IMG/VR virus record: IMGVR_UViG_3300017991_000009
Span: 31,167 to 95,166 of that record
Strand: one strand, 5' to 3'
DNA length: 64,000 nt
Source: a virus
This document shows, piece after piece, positions 27,381-34,872 of this stretch (position 1 is its first letter; the number at the start of each line of letters is the position of its first letter). Made by a program: the position numbers and the translations under genes. The notes under the pieces were generated by a model that worked only from the letters and a program-made list of their open reading frames with translations, was not told where the DNA came from and did not search any database.

Positions 27381-27722
27381 ATGAAGAAGCGGACTACGAT
27401 ACAAACTCTCATCTTTGACAAGGCAAAGTTTCCTACGAGGGACTCGGTACGTAAGTGGATCAAGGCTCATGGATTTCACATCATGCGCCAAAAGGAGAAA
27501 GTGACGAAGCCGGGTATTGACGAAACCGCTGGTAGCTTTAGAGTGCGCCAGAGGGCGCCTAGTGATTTCGTGCGAGGGTCGTTCAGAACGATTAATATTA
27601 CTGATGGAGTGAAAGCTGTTATCGGAAGGCTGAAGTCTAGCGTGAAGAAAACGGGCGTAGTACTTGAAGTAAAAGGCCCCTATGACTTGCTGGATATATT
27701 GGAGGAGTTATGTGGCGATTAG
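27381..27722 (+). CDS. small head-associated protein
   Basis: QTLIFDK..F...W...HGF...RVRQ..P..F..GSFRT..I..GVKAVIGRLK, recalled from phage head loci. Confidence 0.55.
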   Translation: MKKRTTIQTLIFDKAKFPTRDSVRKWIKAHGFHIMRQKEKVTKPGIDETAGSFRVRQRAPSDFVRGSFRTINITDGVKAVIGRLKSSVKKTGVVLEVKGPYDLLDILEELCGD

Positions 27723-28075
27723 AGAAAGCGTTCAAATTTGAGGCAGCACATTCCCTGCCTTATCACCGTGGTAAGTGTAAGCGGGTACACGGCCACTCTT
27801 GGCATGGGAAGGTAGTCCTTGAGCGTAACGATCTTACCGAGGATGGCCCCGAGGCGGGAATGGTCACTGACTTTGGGAAGGTAAAGGAGGTGATTGACCA
27901 GGTGTTAGACCAGTACCTCGATCACCTGTTCCTCAACGAATCTACTGGGATGCGCAACCCCACCTCGGAGCTACTTGCGAAGTGGCTCTACGATCACTTG
28001 AAGGTTCGCCTGCCGTACCTCGCGGCGATCGTCATCCAGGAGACGGACTCGAGCACCTGCGAGTACCGACCGTAG
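27710..28075 (+). CDS. queD: 6-carboxy-5,6,7,8-tetrahydropterin synthase
   Basis: FEAAH, CKRVHGHSW, LDH..LN, PTSE.LA, ET motifs. Confidence 0.92.
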   Translation: MWRLEKAFKFEAAHSLPYHRGKCKRVHGHSWHGKVVLERNDLTEDGPEAGMVTDFGKVKEVIDQVLDQYLDHLFLNESTGMRNPTSELLAKWLYDHLKVRLPYLAAIVIQETDSSTCEYRP

Positions 28076-28078
28076 GCG

Positions 28079-28681
28079 ATGCTGGGGAAGAGGTACATAG
28101 TCAAGGAGATCTTCTACTCCCTACAGGGAGAGGGGATGCGTGCAGGCGAGGCTAGTGTTTTTGTCCGCTTCGCTGGTTGTAACCTTAACTGTAGGAAGGA
28201 GACGCATGGTTTCGACTGTGACACCGACTTCAAGGGCGGTGTGAAACTGACCGCGGAAGGGGTACTCGAGGCAATCAAGAACGTCAACGAGCACTGTCGC
28301 TGGATCGTGCTGACCGGCGGGGAGCCCGCCGTGCAGTTGGATTCGGCACTCGTTTCTGTTCTGAAGGCCGCTGGCTATAGCCTGGCGATCGAAACCAATG
28401 GTACAAAGGCCTTGCCCGAGGGGCTTGACTGGATATCAGTTTCGCCGAAGCCCGGTACCTGCCTGGAGCAAACGAGAGCGATGGAGGTGAAATATGTCCT
28501 ACGTGCTGGTGACCTTTTGCCTACGCGGTCAGAGATTAAGGCCGCTTACTATCTATTGAGCCCCGCCTTTGAGGGAAACACTCTGCCCCAGGATAACCTG
28601 CGGCACTGCATCAACCTCTGCCTGGGTAACCCCAAGTGGATCCTTTCTGTCCAACTACACAAGCTAATAGGTGTGAGATGA
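28079..28681 (+). CDS. queE: 7-carboxy-7-deazaguanine synthase (radical SAM)
   Basis: EIFYSLQGEG, FVRFAGCNL, CDTDF, TGGEP, ETNG, VSPK, QLHK. Confidence 0.92.
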   Translation: MLGKRYIVKEIFYSLQGEGMRAGEASVFVRFAGCNLNCRKETHGFDCDTDFKGGVKLTAEGVLEAIKNVNEHCRWIVLTGGEPAVQLDSALVSVLKAAGYSLAIETNGTKALPEGLDWISVSPKPGTCLEQTRAMEVKYVLRAGDLLPTRSEIKAAYYLLSPAFEGNTLPQDNLRHCINLCLGNPKWILSVQLHKLIGVR

Positions 28682-29235
28682 GTGAAGATCTAGTACGAGA
28701 GATGATTCTAGCGATTGGTGACGACCCCGACCGAGAAGGTCTGAAGGAAACACCCAAGCGGGTGGTGAAGTCGTGGGCTGAGTTGTACTCAGGCTACAAC
28801 GCGGATGCGGCTGAGTACTGCAAGGTGTTCTCCGCGACCTATGATCAAGTAGTGGTGTTCAAGGACATCGACTACTTTTCAATGTGCGAACACCACATGC
28901 TGCCTTTCTTCGGGAAGGTGTATATCGCCTACTTGCCTGCAACCAACGGCAAGCAGGGGGCCAAGGTGATCGGGGCGTCTAAGATGGCCCGAATCGTGAA
29001 CGTGTTTGCACGCAGGTTGCAGATACAGGAGCAGATGACTCAACAGGTCGCGGAAGCGATCCAGGAGATGATTCACCCGAGGGGGTTGGCAGTCATCGTG
29101 GATGGGATGCACCTTTGCATGATGGCAAGAGGCGTGAGTCAGCAACACGCCACGATGCGAACCAGTGCCATGTGGGGCCTCTATCGAGAGGACCACAGGG
29201 CGCAGGCTGAAGCCCTTCGGTTGATGGGGTTTTAG
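28678..29235 (+). CDS. folE: GTP cyclohydrolase I
   Basis: REGLKETPKRV, SMCEHHMLPF, SKMAR, RRLQIQE, HLCMMARG. Confidence 0.95.
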   Translation: MSEDLVREMILAIGDDPDREGLKETPKRVVKSWAELYSGYNADAAEYCKVFSATYDQVVVFKDIDYFSMCEHHMLPFFGKVYIAYLPATNGKQGAKVIGASKMARIVNVFARRLQIQEQMTQQVAEAIQEMIHPRGLAVIVDGMHLCMMARGVSQQHATMRTSAMWGLYREDHRAQAEALRLMGF

Positions 29236-29236
29236 G

Positions 29237-29980
29237 ATGCCAAAGATCATCCTTGCCCCGCACCTAGATGACGAGGTGATCGGCTGCTACTCCATCCTCG
29301 GAGAAGTGGACCGAATCGTGTACTTCACAAGCGACTATCGTGAAGAGAACCTGCCCGATGATCGCTACGAGAAGTTCAAGGGCACACTGCCCCACGGCAT
29401 TGCTGAGGCCGACACGGTATTCCTCCCAAGCAGGTTCGACCACCATCCCTTTCACCGATATGTCCGCAACGTCGGGCTCGGGCTTCCTGGGATCAAGTGG
29501 TTCTATAGCGTTGAAATGAACGTACCGTGGTTAGAAGAGGAAGCGGACCCTGACGGGAAGTGGGCCATGATGGAACGGCTTTACCCGCAGGAGGTACCAC
29601 GGCTCGTTGATCATAAGTATCGGCTGTTCAAGAGTATCAAGCCGTTCGACGAAGTGATCCGGGCTAGCGTGAAGATCGTCATTGAAAGGTGGCACCGCTG
29701 GCCCGCTGCACCGGAGAAGGTCGCGTTCTTGCGCAACCTCCACCGCCACTTGTTCCACGTCAACGTGCGCGTTCAGCAGTTCCAAGACGACCGCGACCTT
29801 GAATACTTCCTGTTGAGGGAAGAGGTGGGAGAGATTGTCAACGGGTTCAAGTGGGAAGAACGCACCAGTTGTGAAATGCTAGCCCTTAGCGTAAAGCGAA
29901 CATTGGAAATGAGGTACCTCGACCGAATGGTTCAGGTATCAGTCTATGAGGACAACGAAAACGGATGCGAGGTGGAGTGA
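29237..29980 (+). CDS. PIG-L/LmbE-type deacetylase fused to a DpdL-like (QueD-like T-fold) domain
   Basis: N-terminal APHLDDEVIG and DHHPFH; C-terminal HRWP.AP...LRNLHRHLF (LxxxHRHxF), DRDLEY, SCEM, EDNENG. Confidence 0.75.
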   Translation: MPKIILAPHLDDEVIGCYSILGEVDRIVYFTSDYREENLPDDRYEKFKGTLPHGIAEADTVFLPSRFDHHPFHRYVRNVGLGLPGIKWFYSVEMNVPWLEEEADPDGKWAMMERLYPQEVPRLVDHKYRLFKSIKPFDEVIRASVKIVIERWHRWPAAPEKVAFLRNLHRHLFHVNVRVQQFQDDRDLEYFLLREEVGEIVNGFKWEERTSCEMLALSVKRTLEMRYLDRMVQVSVYEDNENGCEVE

Positions 29981-30714
29981 TGAAACACGTAGGCGAAAAC
30001 AAACACGTAGGCGAAAACATCGTCGATATAGCCAATGAGGGCCGCAAGCTCAACCTGTTTCAGGTTGAGGTAACCAACATATGCAACGGCAAGTGTGAAT
30101 ACTGCCCACAGTCGACAATGAAACGAAAGGCGGGGTATATCTCGCCTATGGTGTACCGCTCGGCGCTTCACGCAATGGAGAACGACGCCTTCCACCTGCA
30201 TGGGCACGGGGAAACCTTGATGCACAAGCAGGTGGTTGAGATGGTGGACCTTGCCACCAGCTTGGGTAAGGAGGTCGGGTTTTCAACCAACGGCTCCCTT
30301 CTCACGCAGGAGAAACTCGATGCGTTGGCCCAGGCCGGGTTGAAGTGGCTCCGTCTGCACGTCGGCCCGTTCGGTGTGCGGCTCAACCAGTTCAAGGTAC
30401 CCGAAGGCTTGATCGCCACCGAGCACCGGGTGGGCGATAACGGTCCCGAGGAGGTTGAGGACAAAGGGATGACTTCGTGGGGTGGTTGGGTGGATGGTGT
30501 CGAGGAAACAGGAGGGGCTGACCGCTGCTCCTTTTTAGGGTACCCCAACGGCAAGGAGTGGCGGTGCTTGCTCTACGACGGAACGGTAACTTTGTGTTGC
30601 GTTGACTACGAAGGTGGTGCTACACAAAGTGACATCTGTAGCAAGTGCCGTGGGTTTGTTTTCAGGAGCCCTCGCGATTGGGGAAACTATGACGGCGAAG
30701 GCTGGGAATTCTAG
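29980..30714 (+). CDS. radical SAM protein with a SPASM/twitch-like C-terminus
   Basis: CNGKCEYC, GHGETL, STNG, C...DGTVTLCC.D...CSKC. Confidence 0.85.
   Translation: MKHVGENKHVGENIVDIANEGRKLNLFQVEVTNICNGKCEYCPQSTMKRKAGYISPMVYRSALHAMENDAFHLHGHGETLMHKQVVEMVDLATSLGKEVGFSTNGSLLTQEKLDALAQAGLKWLRLHVGPFGVRLNQFKVPEGLIATEHRVGDNGPEEVEDKGMTSWGGWVDGVEETGGADRCSFLGYPNGKEWRCLLYDGTVTLCCVDYEGGATQSDICSKCRGFVFRSPRDWGNYDGEGWEF
29983..30018 (+). repeat. 18-bp in-frame tandem duplication
   Basis: AAACACGTAGGCGAAAAC x2 (KHVGEN KHVGEN). Confidence 0.9.
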
Positions 30715-30723
30715 GAGCGAATC

Positions 30724-31164
30724 ATGAATACGAAAGTGCAAGCGGCAAAGCATGTGATTGCGGACGCGATAGCGAAACACGATCACCGAATCTACGTGGC
30801 GTACTCAGGCGGCAAGGACAGCCAGGCTCTCCTGCGGTTGGTGCGCTCGGTCAACCCCCACGCCCTGGTCGTGCACAATGGCTACGAGGGTGAATCGGTC
30901 GAAGACGAGTTCGGCATCTTGAAGGTCAAGCCCCCCAAGGCAGAGACCGTGCCGAAGTTCATGGAGGCGGTTGACCTTGGTGCGCAGTTCGATGCAACGC
31001 GCCGCGCCGAGAACAAGCTGGTGTGTATCGACGGCAAGGAGATCCACCGCAGCAACATGACCGGCCCCTACACCGCAAAAGGTTACTTCGGGCTGGAAGT
31101 CTACTTCCCTCTCTGGGACTGGTCAGACGAGGAAGTGCTGACCTTCTTGGAGGTGAGCGAATGA
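30724..31164 (+). CDS. compact PP-loop protein, PAPS-reductase-like (adenine nucleotide alpha-hydrolase fold)
   Basis: AYSGGKDS, TRRAE, PLWDWSDEEV; only 146 aa. Confidence 0.75.
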   Translation: MNTKVQAAKHVIADAIAKHDHRIYVAYSGGKDSQALLRLVRSVNPHALVVHNGYEGESVEDEFGILKVKPPKAETVPKFMEAVDLGAQFDATRRAENKLVCIDGKEIHRSNMTGPYTAKGYFGLEVYFPLWDWSDEEVLTFLEVSE

Positions 31165-31691
31165 AGGTTGACCGCTGCCACTACAGTTATGACGGCGAGG
31201 GAGATCTAATCGGTACCAAGACCTTCTTTTGTCACTACCCAGGTGAGACCTCAATCGAGCAGTTTGACTTGAGCAAGGTAGGGGCGGTCTTTGTCAATAC
31301 GGACACCCTTGACGAGACCCTTGGAGGGTGGATCGACCGTTGCGGTAAGATAGTGACGGTTGAGGTAGACGGGGAGGTGTTGAACACGACGCCCGCCGTA
31401 ACCATCGACCTTGATGGTGCGAGGCTGTTCGTTGTCGTGGATCGCTTTTTCCCGCACCTCGTCAACTTCACTGGGTTCGTAAAGGTTAGAGTAATGGCCG
31501 AAGCTAACCTCCCTGAGTGCTTGAGGCTGGCAAATACCTACGCGATGCAAGGGCGGCAAGTCCTCCTGATGCCCGAGTTTACTGACATCGGGCACAAGGA
31601 GGTAGGTGAGGTCATGATGGGGATCTACGATGAGGTCCACCCGCTGGTGCGGGTCATGCCTCCAGTTCAGTTCCTCTTGGGGGTGAAGTGA
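31161..31691 (+). CDS. degenerate QueE/NrdG-like protein lacking the Fe-S cysteines
   Basis: SYDGEG..IG..TFF, VTVEVDG, VLLMPE and RVMPPVQFLLGVK echo QueE segments; no CxxxCxxC. Confidence 0.5.
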   Translation: MKVDRCHYSYDGEGDLIGTKTFFCHYPGETSIEQFDLSKVGAVFVNTDTLDETLGGWIDRCGKIVTVEVDGEVLNTTPAVTIDLDGARLFVVVDRFFPHLVNFTGFVKVRVMAEANLPECLRLANTYAMQGRQVLLMPEFTDIGHKEVGEVMMGIYDEVHPLVRVMPPVQFLLGVK

Positions 31692-32758
31692 TGCTCTACT
31701 ATCTGCCTATCGAACCGCTTGAGGAGAGGTACACCGAGCAGTGGTATCGGTGGTTCCCGGAAGAGTTCAAGCGGCAAGGGATTCGCTACCAGACTATCGA
31801 CGGGGAGACCCTCGTTGATGAGGTTCAGGTAGGGACGTTTCTGGACGTGAACTCAACGCTCTATTACAAGGCAGAGCAACTCAGGCGTGTCGCCAAACTC
31901 TTTCACCATGGGTTGATCGAGAGTGGTGACAAGTTCTTTGTGGCGGATGTCGAGTTTTGGGGTATCGAAAGTATCAGGTACCTCGCCACCCTCAACAAGG
32001 TGGACGTGGGGATCCTCGGGTTCTGTCACGCAGGGAGTTACACGGTTGAGGATTTCATGGAACCGTGCGCACCCTTCGCTCACCACTACGAGACCGCTTG
32101 GGGATCGGTCTTTGATATGATCTTCGTTGGGAGCGAGTACCATAAGCGTATGCTGGTGGAAAAGCGGAAGCTGCCCGCTGACAAGCTCATGGTTACCGGC
32201 AACCCCTACGATGCGTCAGAAGTGCCTAAGCTGAACCTCCCTGTGAACCACACACGGGTCATCCTCACCAATCGCCCTGACCCTGAGAAACGTCCCGAGG
32301 TCACACTGAAGGTTTTCGCTCAACTTAAGAAACAACACCCCTCTTGGGACTTTCTGGTGACCACTGGCCGCAAACAGTGGGGCTCGGGTGCCGTTAGAAA
32401 CACCGCCCTTGCCCTGCGGGACCAGGGTGTGATCACCATTCACGAAGGTATCTCAAAAGGCGAGTACCTCGAACTGCTAGCAAGTAGCCGCGTCATGACA
32501 GGGAACACCATTGAGGAGAACTTCGGGTATTGCGTCCTGGAGGCCCTTTTGGTTGACACCATCCCTGTTGTGCCGAACGACTTTAGCCACCCTGAACTAC
32601 TCCAGAATGACGAAAGGTGCCTCTTTGACACTACAGGTCGTCAGATGACCTTGATCGAACGTGCAATAGAGGATCCTTTTTCCGTTCTAGGGTATAGTAA
32701 GCGGTACGAGGATTCGCTTGCGGCGATAGTGCTAAGTATCAAGGAGGGCCGACCATGA
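31691..32758 (+). CDS. GT-B (GT4-like) glycosyltransferase
   Basis: EPLEERYTEQW, HAGSY, R.DPEK.P, EENFGYCVLEA (Ex7E), PVVP. Confidence 0.85.
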   Translation: MLYYLPIEPLEERYTEQWYRWFPEEFKRQGIRYQTIDGETLVDEVQVGTFLDVNSTLYYKAEQLRRVAKLFHHGLIESGDKFFVADVEFWGIESIRYLATLNKVDVGILGFCHAGSYTVEDFMEPCAPFAHHYETAWGSVFDMIFVGSEYHKRMLVEKRKLPADKLMVTGNPYDASEVPKLNLPVNHTRVILTNRPDPEKRPEVTLKVFAQLKKQHPSWDFLVTTGRKQWGSGAVRNTALALRDQGVITIHEGISKGEYLELLASSRVMTGNTIEENFGYCVLEALLVDTIPVVPNDFSHPELLQNDERCLFDTTGRQMTLIERAIEDPFSVLGYSKRYEDSLAAIVLSIKEGRP

Positions 32759-33861
32759 AGTTTTATTTCGTAGCAGGAGCTAACGACTCCGTGAACGTAC
32801 TGTTGGACGAAAAGGTCCGGTCTATCCTCGTGTCCTTCGCCCACTTCAAGAAAAAGTTGCCCGACAGATTGGTTGCAGCGGCCAAGAAAGGCACGATCCA
32901 CCTGATGTTGGATTCAGGTGCATTCACCAACGCAACCAAGCCTGGGCACGTCACCCTTCCTGAGTACATTGACTTCGTGAAATCTCACAAGTCGTTGCTC
33001 ACGGAGTACGTGACCCTTGACGACTTGAAAGCCCGCAGCACCACGGTCAAGAACCTTGCAAAGATACGCGAGGCGGGTCTTGACCCTATGCTGGTTGACC
33101 ATATGTGGTTCCCTTGGTTCGAGAAGTTCCTCGGCCCTGAGTACAAGAAGGGAAAGAAGGTATGCTGGGGAGGCTTGGTATCGCTTGCCCAGAAGCCCTC
33201 GACCACTGACGCCGCAGCCGCGAACATGAACCTCAACGTCCTCGGCAAGAGGATGAAGGAGCGTGGAAGCAGAGCAAGGGCGAAGCCTGTTTCCTCTGTC
33301 CACCTTCTTGGTGTTGGTCAACGCATCAAAGCGTTTCTCGGGTTCTTTGATGTTGTGGACTCAGTTGACTCCACGACTTGGAGGATCGCTGCCCAGAAGT
33401 TCGGTCGGGTCGCGTGGGTAAGCCGCGACGACCAGGGGTGGCCGAAACTTCACACGCCTCACCACACCGAGATACCCGACAAACTGAAAGCCAAACTCAA
33501 GCAACAGGGCTTTGACATATCGAGCCCGAAAGACCGTGACCGCATTGCTATCCGTGCCTTCAAACTCTTTTTCAAGATGGTGGAGGAGCGGTATCAGAAG
33601 GCGAAGCAAGCCGGTGAGGAGATCGCCCAGGTCGCCAAGTCTGAACTCCTGATCAAGGATTCGGAGGCGGTGCCTTCTGGGGACATCATTGAGGTGCTCA
33701 CCTCTGAGTTACCAGAGGATGAAATGATTGCCCTGGTTGGGGACCTTTCGCAGGACCTCAACCCAGAGGACATCAACCCGCCTCTACTGAAAGAAGTCTC
33801 CGACGCCGAGCTACTCCACCTTCACAGGCAACTGCACGGGCTAGGAGGTTCCCATGCCTAG
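32755..33861 (+). CDS. DpdA/TGT-like base-exchange transglycosylase with a C-terminal extension
   Basis: LDSGAFT, VTLDD, WGGLV, VHLLG, SVDSTTW; no Zn-binding CxCxxC; adjacent to deazaguanine genes. Confidence 0.8.
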   Translation: MKFYFVAGANDSVNVLLDEKVRSILVSFAHFKKKLPDRLVAAAKKGTIHLMLDSGAFTNATKPGHVTLPEYIDFVKSHKSLLTEYVTLDDLKARSTTVKNLAKIREAGLDPMLVDHMWFPWFEKFLGPEYKKGKKVCWGGLVSLAQKPSTTDAAAANMNLNVLGKRMKERGSRARAKPVSSVHLLGVGQRIKAFLGFFDVVDSVDSTTWRIAAQKFGRVAWVSRDDQGWPKLHTPHHTEIPDKLKAKLKQQGFDISSPKDRDRIAIRAFKLFFKMVEERYQKAKQAGEEIAQVAKSELLIKDSEAVPSGDIIEVLTSELPEDEMIALVGDLSQDLNPEDINPPLLKEVSDAELLHLHRQLHGLGGSHA

Positions 33862-34843
33862 TGAAGTGATGAGCACTCAGGAGGAGTCGCGAATCAGTGC
33901 CCACCTCCTTGTCGTTCAGGAGATGGTGAGGCGCGGCTTTAGTCACGACACGGTTGACGGGGTAGACGAAGCTACTCAGGCCATGGGTTGCGCTATTGGC
34001 CTGAAAGGTGACGAGCTTGAGTTGCTGGGGCTCACCAAAGCTGCCTTGAGCAAGCAGGTACCGCAGAAAGACGCACCGATGGAGGACAAGCGGAAGGCCC
34101 AGAAGGCAAGGGCTGCCCGGTTCGGCATCGAGGCGCTGGAAGGGAGAGGCGAAAGGCTGTCGTTCCCTGCGGGGTACCCCACAGACTTGAACCTCTACGG
34201 CGACCCGGTGAACCTGATGTTCCCGCTAGACCCAGCGGGGAGGGCTCGCAACGCCCGAGCCAGGTTCAAGCAGTTCGCTGACGACATCTACGAGCAGGAC
34301 AAGTCAAAGCGAATCGTGCACACGCGAATCGTGAAACGCCTCCTGTCTCTAGGGTCTGTACCTTCCTTTGATGAGGACGACCCGCTCGACAAACTGCTAC
34401 CACCTGACGTTCGTAGGCGGTTGCAGAAGTCAGTCATCGAGGTTGACCTTGACGATGACGACACCGAGGTCAACGAGGTCACCCTCATTGCAAAGGCCAC
34501 CGACGACGAACGGCACATTGTACTCGGCGTGGTGCTCGAACCTGACTCAGTTGATACACAGGGAGACACCATCAAGGCCGACGAAATCGAGCGTGCCGCC
34601 CACTTGTGGCTTGCAAGGTTTCAGGATCGCGGACTTATGCACCGCAGGATCGTGAACTCCAAGATCGAGATCTACGAGTCCTACCTTGCACCTGTGAACT
34701 TGACCTTGGGAGGGCAAAAGGTTAAAAAGGGCACTTGGTTACTCATGTACCATGTCCTTGACGACGCCCTCTGGAAGGACATCAAGAGTGGGAAGATCGC
34801 CGGGTTCAGCATGGGCGGATTTGCTAGAAGGGTCAAACTTTGA
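33854..34843 (+). CDS. XkdF-like prohead serine protease with N-terminal accessory (DUF6582-like) domains
   Basis: IVLGVVLEPD..DTQGD, MH, ESYLAP, KKGTWL, WKDIKSGKIAGFSMGG; YGDPVNLMFPLD...RNA upstream. Confidence 0.85.
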   Translation: MPSEVMSTQEESRISAHLLVVQEMVRRGFSHDTVDGVDEATQAMGCAIGLKGDELELLGLTKAALSKQVPQKDAPMEDKRKAQKARAARFGIEALEGRGERLSFPAGYPTDLNLYGDPVNLMFPLDPAGRARNARARFKQFADDIYEQDKSKRIVHTRIVKRLLSLGSVPSFDEDDPLDKLLPPDVRRRLQKSVIEVDLDDDDTEVNEVTLIAKATDDERHIVLGVVLEPDSVDTQGDTIKADEIERAAHLWLARFQDRGLMHRRIVNSKIEIYESYLAPVNLTLGGQKVKKGTWLLMYHVLDDALWKDIKSGKIAGFSMGGFARRVKL

Positions 34844-34850
34844 GTACAAT
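34821..34850 (+). promoter_or_regulatory. putative sigma70-like promoter for scaffold/capsid
   Basis: TTGCTA-N18-TACAAT. Confidence 0.45.
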
Positions 34851-34872
34851 GTAGCCAACGGAAGCAGTCAAA

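Noticed and set aside
30724-31164. Calling the PP-loop gene queC or dndC (phosphorothioation)
   Set aside because: Lacks the QueC Zn-binding cysteines, is far too short for DndC, and no other dnd/ssp genes are present
27710-33861. Bacterial queuosine tRNA pathway, or Qat/type IV CBASS defence
   Set aside because: No queC/queF/queA, cyclase or QatA; the TGT-like protein lacks the tRNA-TGT zinc site and the context is a phage head operon
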